Assembly (NCBI GenBank): GCA_963837955.1
Contig: CAWIPH010000002.1
Location: 1,376,001-1,440,000 of the forward strand
Direction of reading: 5' to 3'
Length of the DNA stretch: 64,000 nt
From: an uncultured Verrucomicrobiae bacterium
Lineage (GTDB): Bacteria; Verrucomicrobiota; Verrucomicrobiia; Chthoniobacterales; JAFAMB01
Shown here: positions 19,157 to 29,074 of the stretch, one piece after another
Layout of the letters: each line of letters begins with the position of its first letter
Position numbering within the stretch: position 1 is the first letter of the stretch
Program-made: the position numbers and the translations under genes
The notes under the pieces: generated by a model
What the model saw: the letters and a program-made list of their open reading frames with translations, nothing else
Told to the model about the DNA's origin: nothing
Database searches by the model: none

Positions 19157-20821
19157 ATGAGGACGAGAACGATTGAAGCGATATCGTTAGCAGCAATTCT
19201 GCTCTTTGGCGGTTGCGCGACCCAGCCCACGGTTGCGCCTGGTCCGCTTGGGGTGGCACAGACAAAATTGGCTGAGGCTCGCTCTCACACCGTTCCGACC
19301 GAGACCAGAATCACTCGTTATTTTCAGGCCGCGGAAATCGCTGAGAATGAAGCCACACGGCAATCTCGCAACACAGCGGCCAAGCAACAAGCCGAGCAAG
19401 TTTATAATGATGCGTCTGCCGAGGTCACTGTTCTACTGGAGGAGGCAGATGGCGGCAAATATTGGAACCACAACGAGCGCATCGGCAGTTCCGACTCTTC
19501 ATACGAGGTTCGATTTCAACCTGGCGGAGGCAATGGTTTTTGGTCGCCTGGATTCTTCGACCTGCTTAAACGGACAAGAGCATCCGATCATCGGCACCTG
19601 CGCCTTTGGGTTCATGGGCCAGGATTCGGCGGTACGCTTGTCGGGGTTCGAAGCGGCCGGCCAGGCGATCCATTTGCGCCTTTGGTGGGCTACGCCTGCC
19701 CGATCACGACTACGCTAGACTTCTCGCCGTCGCAAAAAGGCATGGGGAGCGCGCATATCGTGTTGATCGCCCTCCATGACCCGACCATCCGACAAGCAGT
19801 GGTGATCGACGGCAAGAAGCAACCCCTTGCCTACGATCTTTCGGCTCCTCTTGGACACTATCCTCGAACTAAGGCTTCGATTATCGCGCTTCGGGGACTC
19901 TTGCAGGCCGACAGGATTACTCAGCGCACCGGGCTTTACCTGGTCGAGCCCTATGATCCTAATCGCATCCCCATCGTGTTGGTCCACGGCTTGTTGTCGA
20001 CACCTCACATGTGGTTCAACATCGTGAATGCGGTCCGAGCGGATCCTGAGTTGCGAGCACGATATCAGTTCTGGGTGTTCTATTATCCGACCGCCAACCC
20101 GCCGGTGCTTTCCGCCTTAGCATTTCGGAAGGATTTAGCGATTGCCGAACGATTGTACCATCCGAAGCACGGCATCGTGCTCGTCGGTCATAGCATGGGC
20201 GGATTGGTTTCCCGGATGCAGGCCGTCGATACCGGAAGAGTTCTCTGGGACGAATGTTTTCGTCAGAGCGCTGATACGTTTTACGGGCGGATTCCCTCTG
20301 ACAATCTGCTTAAGCAGACGCTGGTGTTTCACGCAGATCCTGAAGTGAAGCGAATCGTATTTATGTGTGTTCCCCATCGTGGCAGCGGTCTGGCCGTGGG
20401 CACAATCGGTGCAATAGCCGCCAGCTTGATTCGTGTTCCAAGAAACGTGGCCTCAACAATCAGAACCACAATTGGCGACTCCTTGGAGCAGGCTACGGGC
20501 GTCAAGGGCCTACGTCTTCCTACCAGCATCTCGGGGCTCTCTCCTCGGTCGCCAGTCCTGATCGGACTGGATAAACTTCCGATCAAAGCCCCGCATCATT
20601 CGATTATTGGTGACCGCGGCAGAGGAGACTCCCCGAACGGCTCTGACGGCGTCGTTCCGTACCGGAGTGCCCATCTCGACTCTGCTCAATCCGAAAAGAT
20701 TATTCCTTACGGCCACGGCGGCTACCAGAGCCCCGAGGCTATCGAGGAACTATTGCGAATCCTGCGCCTCTATTTGGGCCTAAAGGCCGAGCGGCCACAC
20801 CAAATTGCGGCGTCACAGTAG
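19157..20821 (+). CDS. Alpha/beta hydrolase lipoprotein
   Basis: Lipobox LFGGC; PIVLVHGL, nucleophile elbow GHSMGG, PHRGS and SDGVVPY.SAHL motifs. Confidence 0.88.
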   Translation: MRTRTIEAISLAAILLFGGCATQPTVAPGPLGVAQTKLAEARSHTVPTETRITRYFQAAEIAENEATRQSRNTAAKQQAEQVYNDASAEVTVLLEEADGGKYWNHNERIGSSDSSYEVRFQPGGGNGFWSPGFFDLLKRTRASDHRHLRLWVHGPGFGGTLVGVRSGRPGDPFAPLVGYACPITTTLDFSPSQKGMGSAHIVLIALHDPTIRQAVVIDGKKQPLAYDLSAPLGHYPRTKASIIALRGLLQADRITQRTGLYLVEPYDPNRIPIVLVHGLLSTPHMWFNIVNAVRADPELRARYQFWVFYYPTANPPVLSALAFRKDLAIAERLYHPKHGIVLVGHSMGGLVSRMQAVDTGRVLWDECFRQSADTFYGRIPSDNLLKQTLVFHADPEVKRIVFMCVPHRGSGLAVGTIGAIAASLIRVPRNVASTIRTTIGDSLEQATGVKGLRLPTSISGLSPRSPVLIGLDKLPIKAPHHSIIGDRGRGDSPNGSDGVVPYRSAHLDSAQSEKIIPYGHGGYQSPEAIEELLRILRLYLGLKAERPHQIAASQ

Positions 20822-20956
20822 CTTCAGAACTCCTGATGCCGTGAGGTTGTAAACCCGCGTGCACAAGACCTTCGTCCTCGTCGTCGTCCTTATAGTCGGC
20901 ATCTACCCTTGGTGACAAACTCTTGGTCAGAGCGGCATGGGATCGGGATGACGTAA

Positions 20957-20970
20957 GACCAAGGTCCAAT
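20957..20970 (+). promoter_or_regulatory. Repeated motif, copy 2 (GACCAAGGTCCAAT)
   Basis: Upstream of the L,D-transpeptidase gene. Confidence 0.6.
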
Positions 20971-21137
20971 GTTCGGTCGCGGCAGAAGCTGGCACTCTTC
21001 TTTCGCCACGCTGCAGAATGATGAAAGATGCCGTCTTGAAAATTTTGAGTCGAACGGCTCTTATAAGCGCGCTGGTTTTGGCACCACAAGAATAGAGCCT
21101 CATCCGCAAAAATCCGGTTCAGACCACTTCAATACTC

Positions 21138-22103
21138 GTGAAACACTCCGTTCTCATTGCCATCGCGATTGCCTCGCTACTCGCTGGAGTGGCTGATGCA
21201 GCGCACACCAAAGGCCGTCTAGTGGAGCCGTCCACTGAGACACTCAAAGCTGGCGATTACGTCTGGCATCCCGAGGTATCACCGGCGGGCCCGCTGGTCG
21301 TTCTCGTCAGCATCCCAGACCAGCTTATGTACGTTTATCGAAACGGCGTGCGGATCGGGCGCTCGACCGTGAGCACTGGTAAGGCGGGGAAACGCACGCC
21401 TACCGGTGTATTCACCGTGCTGCAAAAGAAGGTACGTCACGAGTCGAGCATCTACAAAGGCGCCAAGATGCCGCACATGCAGCGGCTCACCTGGAGCGGC
21501 ATCGCGATGCACGCGGGCCAGTTGCCAGGTTATCCGGCATCGGCGGGATGTGTGCGGTTGCCGGTGGATTTCGCGGCGAAACTCTACTCGGTGACAGCGC
21601 TCGGTACGACAGTTATCATTGCCGACCACAAGTCCGCCCCGATCCACACCGTCCAGCCGGGTCTGCTCTTTTCGGGAAAGACGGGGACGCCACCAGGGAG
21701 TCGCTTCGCCTGGACCCCGGAGAAAGCGCCGAAGGGACCGGTTTCGATCATCCTGAGTGCTGCGGATCGCAAGATCTATGTCTACCGCGACGGCGTAGAA
21801 ATTGGCCGCGCGCCCGTGACAGGATTAGAAACTGCTAATCTATCCGGCACCTACGTTTATTCGGCCGACTTGACCGTTGATTCCGGTGGCCAGCGCGATT
21901 GGATCTCCACTGTCAGCGCCGGCAAAAAAGCACCGAACGTGAAAGACCTGGAAGACCGTATCTCCATCGATTCATCGTTTCTTCAGGACGTCCGAGAACT
22001 GATCACTCCTGGAACCACACTAGTCCTCACCGATACACCGGTCAGCAGCCAAACTCAGAGTAGTCCCGGATTCAACATTCTCACAGCGGACGTCGCGCAA
22101 TAA
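21138..22103 (+). CDS. L,D-transpeptidase (YkuD) family
   Basis: Signal peptide; VSTG...TPTGVF and MHAG.LPGYPASAGCVRL motifs. Confidence 0.9.
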   Translation: MKHSVLIAIAIASLLAGVADAAHTKGRLVEPSTETLKAGDYVWHPEVSPAGPLVVLVSIPDQLMYVYRNGVRIGRSTVSTGKAGKRTPTGVFTVLQKKVRHESSIYKGAKMPHMQRLTWSGIAMHAGQLPGYPASAGCVRLPVDFAAKLYSVTALGTTVIIADHKSAPIHTVQPGLLFSGKTGTPPGSRFAWTPEKAPKGPVSIILSAADRKIYVYRDGVEIGRAPVTGLETANLSGTYVYSADLTVDSGGQRDWISTVSAGKKAPNVKDLEDRISIDSSFLQDVRELITPGTTLVLTDTPVSSQTQSSPGFNILTADVAQ

Positions 22104-22379
22104 GCCAACCCATAATCCCGAACGGTTGCGGCTCTGCCTACGGCGATTAGCTGCACACGGTTCTTTACAGTAACCATCGTCTAAGATAAGAGGGTACTAG
22201 CTCCCCCCGGTGTCACTTACGGCCTATCCCCCAGGGATGGCTACGCTGCCGCGCTTATGCCGCAGCCGTCCTGTTTGTGTTTGTGAGTTCTGATTGTCGG
22301 TGCCATCGGCCAGCGATAGGCTGCTGAAGATTGATAGGAGCTTCATTCGACGGAACGAAACGAAAGGAGCGCGAATTGG

Positions 22380-23150
22380 ATGGATACCGAAGGTCAGACG
22401 CAACAGATCGCCCATCTGGGCCGGCTGGCACTGATAGGCGAAATGGCCGCTTCCTTTGCCCATGAGCTCAACCAGCCGTTGACCGCCATTGTCAGCAATG
22501 CGGGAGCTGGCCAGCGATTCCTTGATAGCGGTGTCATAGACATTAAAGAATTCCATGAGCTCCTCCGGGACATTGCTTCCGACGCGGAACGTGCCGGTAA
22601 AATAATCCGAGGCATTCGGGAAATGGTCATGAAAAGCGAAGCTCGACGTGAACCGGTAAACATGAATCAAGTGGTGGAGGAAGTCTTCCGATTGACTAAG
22701 ACCGACGCAGTCAGTCGCTCGTGTACTGTTGTGACGGACCTCGACCCCGAACTAGCACTGGTCGAGGGGGAACCGGTGCAACTTCAGCAAGTTCTACTCA
22801 ATCTGGTATTGAATGCTTTTGACGCGATGCAAGAGACACCTCTCCATCTCCGCCGAGTTGTGCTTTCAACGAAATCTCAACCTGACGGTGTTGTCTGTAC
22901 CGCGGTTCGCGACTTCGGTACTGGGCTCTCTGAAAAGGTGCATCAGCGGATCTTTGAACATTTCTTTTCTACTAAGAAGGATGGCTTGGGCATGGGACTC
23001 GCCATTGCGCGGTCGATTGTCGAATCATTCGGCGGAGTTCTCAATGAAAGCAACGCGCCGGGCGGAGGGGCTTTCTTCTATTTCACGCTTCCTGCTACAA
23101 CCAGCGAGGTGCATGAACGCTCAGCCTCCCAGCATAGTGTTTGTCATTGA
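22380..23150 (+). CDS. FixL/NtrB-like histidine kinase core with no sensor domain
   Basis: AHELNQPL, QVLLNLVLNA.DAM, F.TK.DGLGMGL; AAGGAG RBS; in-frame TAG at 22335. Confidence 0.85.
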   Translation: MDTEGQTQQIAHLGRLALIGEMAASFAHELNQPLTAIVSNAGAGQRFLDSGVIDIKEFHELLRDIASDAERAGKIIRGIREMVMKSEARREPVNMNQVVEEVFRLTKTDAVSRSCTVVTDLDPELALVEGEPVQLQQVLLNLVLNAFDAMQETPLHLRRVVLSTKSQPDGVVCTAVRDFGTGLSEKVHQRIFEHFFSTKKDGLGMGLAIARSIVESFGGVLNESNAPGGGAFFYFTLPATTSEVHERSASQHSVCH

Positions 23151-23742
23151 CGATGACGCCTCGGTCCGAAAAGCGCTGGGGCGCCTTCTTCGGGCCGCGG
23201 GTTATGCGTTTGAGAGTTTTTCTTCGGCCGGCGGCTTTCTGTCGCGTTCTCAGCACAGCGGCCTATCTTGCATTGTCCTTGATCTGCAAATGCCCGGATT
23301 AAATGGCTTGGCATTGCAGGAGACTCTTGCTGCGGCCGGTCGCGACGAATCAATCATCTTTCTCACAGGTCACGGCGACGTCCCAACTTGTGCTAACGCA
23401 ATGAAGGCAGGTGCGATCGACTTTCTCTCCAAGCCTTTTCGTGACGGGGATCTGCTCGGTGCGATCGCGCGATCACTGGAGCGATCTGAGCGTCTCTTCC
23501 GAGAACATGCCGAGAGAACAAAGATCCGAACTCTCATGGACCGATTAACGCCGCGGGAACGCGAGGTGATGGAGTTAGTGATCGCTGGAAAACTGAATAA
23601 ACAGATCGCGGCTGAATTGGGCGCCAGTGAAAAAACGATTAAAGTGCATCGTGGTCGAGTGATGCAGAAAATGGAGACTGTTTCCGTTGCGGAATTGGTG
23701 AGACTTGTCGTTAGGATTCCAGGCAAAGAGCGGAGCGCATAA
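23113..23742 (+). CDS. FixJ/NodW-like response regulator (REC + LuxR HTH)
   Basis: VFVIDDD, LDLQMP, TGHGD, GA.DFL.KP and LTPRERE...NKQIA.ELG.SEKTIKVHR motifs. Confidence 0.92.
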   Translation: MNAQPPSIVFVIDDDASVRKALGRLLRAAGYAFESFSSAGGFLSRSQHSGLSCIVLDLQMPGLNGLALQETLAAAGRDESIIFLTGHGDVPTCANAMKAGAIDFLSKPFRDGDLLGAIARSLERSERLFREHAERTKIRTLMDRLTPREREVMELVIAGKLNKQIAAELGASEKTIKVHRGRVMQKMETVSVAELVRLVVRIPGKERSA

Positions 23743-23758
23743 GACCAAGGTCTGATAG
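23743..23758 (+). promoter_or_regulatory. Repeated motif, copy 3 (GACCAAGGTCTGATAG)
   Basis: Immediately after the FixJ-like stop codon, upstream of the receiver gene. Confidence 0.6.
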
Positions 23759-23890
23759 CGGGCATCTAGCCACTCGGCTAGCATGTTACCTATTCGTTCC
23801 AGCCGTGTATTTAGCCTCATACAGGCGGATTGTATTGAGGATGAAAATGTGGCGGAGCCCCTTCGAAATTTATGAAGGAAAATTCTCCGA

Positions 23891-24268
23891 GTGTTTGAGC
23901 AACCAGATACCATCTGCGTCGTGGATGACGATGCTGCCGTCCTGAAGGCGCTACAGCGTCTGCTGCGCTCGGCCGGGCTGCAAACGATGGTGTTTGACGA
24001 CCCGCGATTGTTTCTCGAGCACGCGAAAAATCACGTAATCGCTCTCGCGATCATCGACGTCTGGATGCCGGAGCTTAATGGTTTGGAAGTGCAGAGGCTG
24101 CTCCATGATATCGCGCCCGCCATCCCAGTGATCATGATGACCGGACGGGACGATCCGGGTATCGACGGCATCGCCCTGGCCCAAGGCGCTGTAGCGTTTT
24201 TTACCAAGCCTTTTGATGACACCGCATTTTTAGAAGCAATTCACACGGCCCTTCTCGCGCAAAACTAA
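23891..24268 (+). CDS. Single-domain response regulator
   Basis: VVDDD, IDVWMP, MTG and KPF receiver motifs. Confidence 0.9.
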   Translation: MFEQPDTICVVDDDAAVLKALQRLLRSAGLQTMVFDDPRLFLEHAKNHVIALAIIDVWMPELNGLEVQRLLHDIAPAIPVIMMTGRDDPGIDGIALAQGAVAFFTKPFDDTAFLEAIHTALLAQN

Positions 24269-24355
24269 CACGCGCTGGTCACCGATTTCCTGACCATGCC
24301 TTGTTATCCGTCATTGGCTATTGGCTATCTGCTATTGGCTATTTCACCACCGTAC

Positions 24356-24371
24356 GACCAAGGTCCAATAG
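24356..24371 (+). promoter_or_regulatory. Repeated motif, copy 4 (GACCAAGGTCCAATAG)
   Basis: Ends about 70 bp upstream of 24443. Confidence 0.6.
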
Positions 24372-24442
24372 TCCAAGCGAGGCAAATTCGTTAGTTTTCC
24401 TCTGGCAACAACCTATAGATATCCATTGCCGAAAACTGAAAT

Positions 24443-24949
24443 ATGAAAAGGTCCCTTACTCTGCTTTTTACAGCTGCGATTTTATTCGGGCTAGATGCAG
24501 CGTCTGTTCTCGGCGCACAACCGGGTGATGTGACAATTCAGTATCTTCACCCCGAAAAATTCACTGACTTCAGCATTTACGGTCGCGACTACCGATGGTC
24601 GGCCTCTTATTTCGCCAGCGAGATCAGCAGAGATCTTAAGCCAGCGCTGAATCGCAAATTTCCAGGCAGTAAACTTACACTCCGGTTTACTGATATCGAT
24701 CTAGCCGGGAGCAACCGGACCTCGCGGGGAGGGCGAGACGTCAGAGTCGTCCGCGGTGCGATGACACCCGCACGAATGTCATTCGATTTCTTGCTGCAGG
24801 ACAGTGCCGGCAAGATATTAGCGAAAGGTTCAACGAGGATTACGGATACCTCACATAGCTTGTCAACCCGCCACCCAAGCAGCTCGGGGCCTCTTTACTA
24901 CGAGAAGCGCATGTTACAGAAGTGGCTCCAATCGGTAAAAGCTCCTTAG
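24443..24949 (+). CDS. Secreted DUF3016-like protein
   Basis: Signal peptide; PEKFTD, TDIDLAG, DVRVV and L.YEKRML..W motifs. Confidence 0.8.
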   Translation: MKRSLTLLFTAAILFGLDAASVLGAQPGDVTIQYLHPEKFTDFSIYGRDYRWSASYFASEISRDLKPALNRKFPGSKLTLRFTDIDLAGSNRTSRGGRDVRVVRGAMTPARMSFDFLLQDSAGKILAKGSTRITDTSHSLSTRHPSSSGPLYYEKRMLQKWLQSVKAP

Positions 24950-25002
24950 TTGAGCCGGTGCGATCAGAGCGTTGGTGTCGGATGCGACACGAAACCGAGA
25001 TC

Positions 25003-25085
25003 CCCCAAAGGGGGAAGAGGACTCAGCCCGGGGTTTTAACCCCGGGAAGCGTGTTTCAAACGGGTGCGCCCTGAAAGTGGCGCCA
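25003..25085. repeat. REP-like palindromes
   Basis: ccccaaagggg, cccggggttttaaccccggg and gcgccctgaaagtggcgc hairpins. Confidence 0.6.
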
Positions 25086-25341
25086 GGAAATAATTGGTCG
25101 CAAGTGGGAATAGCTCCACCGATATCTGTGGCATTGGATCTGAGCGGGCTCTCCATAGGGATTTCGGACTAAAACGACTATTCTCTGGACAAAGCACCAG
25201 GAGCGTTGAGGGGCGAACATTCCGATCCTCATCCTAGCGCTTATCGGCCCCCAAGGTGGTCACTAGGTCACTTCGACACCCTAGAAAGGAACGGCCTTTT
25301 GCAGAATCGGGTTTACATCTGGTCGGTCTGCTGACCAATTG

Positions 25342-26298
25342 ATGGTCAACCCCCAGTCGGCTGTGGACGCAGATCGCGAATTTCAAACCCTGTATCGCAC
25401 GTTGCGTTCGCTCCGCTGCCGTCCGGAAGAGCCGAGGCCTTATCCGGCTCACGTCATTAGTGGGCTGGAGACGCAAACCGACCCCACTATTTACGCGTGG
25501 CACGGTCGCAAACGTCTCGGTGATGCGAAGAACCCTTTCCTGGTGTGGCAATATACGCTGGCCGGCTCCGGCGCTTTCCAGTCCGGTGCGACCAAAGAGT
25601 TAGCGCTGACCTCCCCAGGCTACGCTTTCACAACTCTCGTCCCGAGTGACGACTTTTATTTTCTACCATCAGAATCTAGGAGTTGGACCTTCTTTTGGTT
25701 GATCATTGATCACCCTTACATCGTTCGGCGAGTCAGGGACCGGATTCGTCTGACCGGCCCAATCTGGCAGGTGCCGCCCCGAAGCCCTCTGGTTGAACGT
25801 GCGCTCAATCTGTTCGACCTGGTTCGGGCGGCGTCGTTGCCAGACGAGTTCGCCGAAGAGGCGGATCTTTTTGGCTTCTTGACTGAGTTCGAACGCTTGG
25901 GCCATCAAATCCTTTATCCGCCATTACCGCGGGAACGAGTTTTGAACGAAGTCCGCGCCGAAATCATTGGCCGCCTGCCGTCTGGAGTGCCGAGCGTTAG
26001 CGAGCTAGCCGAGGAACGTGGGATGAGTCGTACGGGTTTCACCCATTATTTTCGGAGGACGACGGGCCTCAGCCCGGCCCGCTTTATCAATCAGGTCCGC
26101 TTGGAGGAGGTAACTAAATTATTGGTTTCTTCTTCTCTGAAGTTGTCTGCCATCGCCGAACAGACTGGATTTGCCGATGCCACCCACCTCGGGAAGGTGT
26201 TTCGACGTCATTATTACCTCACTCCAGACAAATACCGGCACGTGATGGGAACCGAGCTATCCGATCATTTGAAGGACGGCCTGTCGGCGGCGAGTTGA
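25342..26298 (+). CDS. AraC-family transcriptional regulator
   Basis: Cupin-like N-terminus; double HTH with F.R.TG.SP and IA..TGF.D..H..KVF...Y..TP..YR. Confidence 0.9.
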   Translation: MVNPQSAVDADREFQTLYRTLRSLRCRPEEPRPYPAHVISGLETQTDPTIYAWHGRKRLGDAKNPFLVWQYTLAGSGAFQSGATKELALTSPGYAFTTLVPSDDFYFLPSESRSWTFFWLIIDHPYIVRRVRDRIRLTGPIWQVPPRSPLVERALNLFDLVRAASLPDEFAEEADLFGFLTEFERLGHQILYPPLPRERVLNEVRAEIIGRLPSGVPSVSELAEERGMSRTGFTHYFRRTTGLSPARFINQVRLEEVTKLLVSSSLKLSAIAEQTGFADATHLGKVFRRHYYLTPDKYRHVMGTELSDHLKDGLSAAS

Positions 26299-26435
26299 AT
26301 TTCGCCGCCGCTCCGTCCCGTCTTGGGCTATAAAAATGCGGCTTTCCTTTACGAGATGGCTTGCTTCCTTGCTCGGAAAGCGGAAAAGTGTTTCTCAATA
26401 CAAGCAGACTTGGTAGTATTTTAACGGATTAAGCT

Positions 26436-27371
26436 ATGAGCGTTGAGGCCGTTGAAGCCGAAAAGGCCCTGCACCCCCCAGTAACCCCTCCAGGCAGCGC
26501 AGGACGATCGGGCCGACTTAAAGGTTGGCTGATGGCGCCTGCCGTCATTTCGCTTTTTCTCTGGATGATTGTTCCGCTGGGGATGACGATTTACTTCTCG
26601 TTCATCCGCTACAGCCTGCTCAATCCGACTAATACCGGGTTTGCTTTTTTCGAGAACTACCAGTTCCTGGCTGGTGATCCCTCGTTTTGGCCGGCCATTA
26701 TCAATACGCTGCTTTTCATCGGGTCGATTCTGGTGATAACGGTCGTGTTTGGCGTCCTGTTTGCGGTGCTTTATGATCAGGAATTCTTCGGCAAGAACGT
26801 CGCGATGCTTTTGGTGATCGCCCCCTTTTTCGTCATGCCAACTGTCAGCGCTCTGGTCTGGAAGAACATGATCATGCACCCAGTCTATGGACTGCTCAGC
26901 TTGGCTTGTCAGAAGCTGGGACTCCCCGTGATTGATTGGTTTGCCCAGTATCCGCTCTTTTCTGTCATCACCATTGTCTCCTGGGAATGGATCCCTTTTT
27001 CATTTCTGATCTTAGTCACCGCCATCAAATCCCTCGATCGTGAGCAGCGCGAAGCCGCCGCAATCGACGGAGCCGGACCAATCGCCCAATTTTTTTACAT
27101 CGTCTTGCCGCACCTCGGTCGAGCAATCGCGGTCGTAGTCATGATTGAGACCATTTTCCTGCTTTCGGTTTTTGCCGAAATTTATACCACCACCGGCGGC
27201 GGACCAGGCAACGCCACCACGACACTAGCTTATCTGGTTTACGCGCTCGGCCTGCAGCAATTCGACGCCGGCGTCGCCTCGGCCGGCGGAATTCTGGCGG
27301 TCATTCTCGCGAATATCGTGTCAATTTTCCTTGTCCGGATGCTTGCTCGTAACCTGCAGACCGCTAACTAA
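26436..27371 (+). CDS. Polyol/sugar ABC permease (SmoF/MtlF-like)
   Basis: WMIVPL.MTIYFS, PFFVMPTVSALVWKNM and EAA.IDGA motifs. Confidence 0.88.
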   Translation: MSVEAVEAEKALHPPVTPPGSAGRSGRLKGWLMAPAVISLFLWMIVPLGMTIYFSFIRYSLLNPTNTGFAFFENYQFLAGDPSFWPAIINTLLFIGSILVITVVFGVLFAVLYDQEFFGKNVAMLLVIAPFFVMPTVSALVWKNMIMHPVYGLLSLACQKLGLPVIDWFAQYPLFSVITIVSWEWIPFSFLILVTAIKSLDREQREAAAIDGAGPIAQFFYIVLPHLGRAIAVVVMIETIFLLSVFAEIYTTTGGGPGNATTTLAYLVYALGLQQFDAGVASAGGILAVILANIVSIFLVRMLARNLQTAN

Positions 27372-27386
27372 ACGCTGGCCAATACG

Positions 27387-28202
27387 ATGACAAAAGAGCT
27401 GACGACAAAGGTGTTAACCACCGTACTAGGGTGGCTGGTCGCGATCCTTTTTTTCTTCCCAATATTTTGGATGGCGATCACGGCGTTTAAGACTGAGAAA
27501 GGCGCCTACTCGCCGGACCTGATCTTTTGGCCGACGCTCGAATCCTTCGCCGACGTATTTGCCCGCAGCAATTATTTTCAGTATGCCCAGAATTCCATCC
27601 TGATTTCTTTTGGATCGACATTTTTTTGTTTCCTCTTAGCGATTCCGGCGGCCTACAAGATAGCCTTCTTCCCGACGAAAAGGACCCAGTCGACCCTGCT
27701 TTGGATGCTCTCCACCAAAATGATGCCGTCGGTGGGCGTACTCATTCCGATCTACATCCTTTGGCAGCACTTTGGGTTGCTGGACACGATTCCCGGACTC
27801 ATCATCATTTTCACGTTGATGAATCTGCCGATCGCCGTTTGGATGAGTTACACCTATTTTTGTGAGGTGCCGAAAGGCATACTGGAAGCGGCTCGCATCG
27901 ATGGTGCGGATGTCTGGAAAGAGCTTTGGTATTTGTTACGGCCAATGACGATGCCAGGCCTGGCGTCGACCGCGCTGCTTCTCATTATCTTTGCTTGGAA
28001 CGAGGCCTTTTGGAGCATCAATCTTTCCAATGCGAACGCGCAGCCGCTGACCATGTTCATAGCATCCTACTCGAGTCCAGAAGGACTCTTTTGGGCCAAG
28101 CTATCGGCGGCCTCGTTTCTCGCCGTCGCTCCGATCATGGTGCTCGGGTGGCTAACGCAAAAACAGCTCGTGCGTGGTCTCACCTTTGGCGCGGTGAAAT
28201 AG
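27387..28202 (+). CDS. Polyol/sugar ABC permease (SmoG/MtlG-like)
   Basis: WMLSTKMMP, SSPEGLFWAKLSAAS and LVRGLTFGAVK motifs. Confidence 0.88.
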   Translation: MTKELTTKVLTTVLGWLVAILFFFPIFWMAITAFKTEKGAYSPDLIFWPTLESFADVFARSNYFQYAQNSILISFGSTFFCFLLAIPAAYKIAFFPTKRTQSTLLWMLSTKMMPSVGVLIPIYILWQHFGLLDTIPGLIIIFTLMNLPIAVWMSYTYFCEVPKGILEAARIDGADVWKELWYLLRPMTMPGLASTALLLIIFAWNEAFWSINLSNANAQPLTMFIASYSSPEGLFWAKLSAASFLAVAPIMVLGWLTQKQLVRGLTFGAVK

Positions 28203-28375
28203 TAGCCCGACGCTCCAGCCGTAGCCTGATGCTCCAGCCTCAGGAACGAGCGCGTTCAAAAAACGCCAGATAAACGGGCCGTACAGGCACGTTGCGTCCT
28301 GCGTTCCAGAGGCTGGCTTGCCCGCCGAAGTTATGGGTGGTTGTGGGACGAAGGCTGGAGCATCAGCTTACTCTC

Positions 28376-28654
28376 TCAATAGTAGTGCCACCGCCCGTAG
28401 CGATAATAGCGATATCGATACCTACCACCATGATAATGGTAGTAGCCATGGTACCGGTACGGATACCGATAATAAGGGTGACCGCCGACATTGATTCGGA
28501 CGTATGTGGCGGCCTGTAGATCGGCGCTGCCAAGAAATCCGAGAGAGAACAGAGCCATCGCAACTATGGGTGCGAATTTCGCTGCCCGACATTGAAGGCG
28601 CGCAGCTAAAGATTGCTCCGCAGGGCTTACGACTTGGATGTCATTGTCGTTCAT
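28376..28654 (-). CDS. Small secreted Tyr/Arg/His-rich peptide (start uncertain)
   Basis: Hydrophobic segment ending LQA, followed by ATYVRINVGGHPYYRYPYRYHGYYHYHGGRYRYRYYRYGRWHYY. Confidence 0.7.
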   Translation of the reverse strand: MNDNDIQVVSPAEQSLAARLQCRAAKFAPIVAMALFSLGFLGSADLQAATYVRINVGGHPYYRYPYRYHGYYHYHGGRYRYRYYRYGRWHYY

Positions 28655-28769
28655 CTGCTTCAGTGAGGTTCTGGGGACCCCATTCGAATACCAAAAGGAA
28701 ACGGGGAGTACAAGGAGTTCGGCAGATTGTGCCGCTGTACGCCGTTCTTTGGTGTTCGAGATGCGTGGA

Positions 28770-28813
28770 GGTGATCGGTAATCAGTAATCAGTAATCAGT
28801 AATCAGTAATCAG
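28770..28813. repeat. Heptamer tandem repeat (AGTAATC)n
   Basis: About six units read directly. Confidence 0.9.
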
Positions 28814-29074
28814 AGAGCAGGGAGGAGAAATCCCCCGTTGGTGCTCGCCAGCTGGATAGAGCGCCGATCTGTCCCGCCGGCACTCTGTTATCGTGAACAG
28901 TGTTCAATCGGCAATTTGAACACCGGTGCGCTGGCGTAGAGTGACGCGTTGATCGATTGTTGGGGTGCCGCGGATCTAATGGGCAATGCGCGCCCCATCC
29001 TAAAGAACTGAAAAGTGCGTCCGTAATAACCTATTATATTAGATACCCTGCGCCGGGACGCCGGCGCGCTGAAC

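Noticed and set aside
21138..22103. L,D-transpeptidase SAGC instead of SHGC as an inactive variant
   Set aside because: Catalytic His and Cys are both retained.
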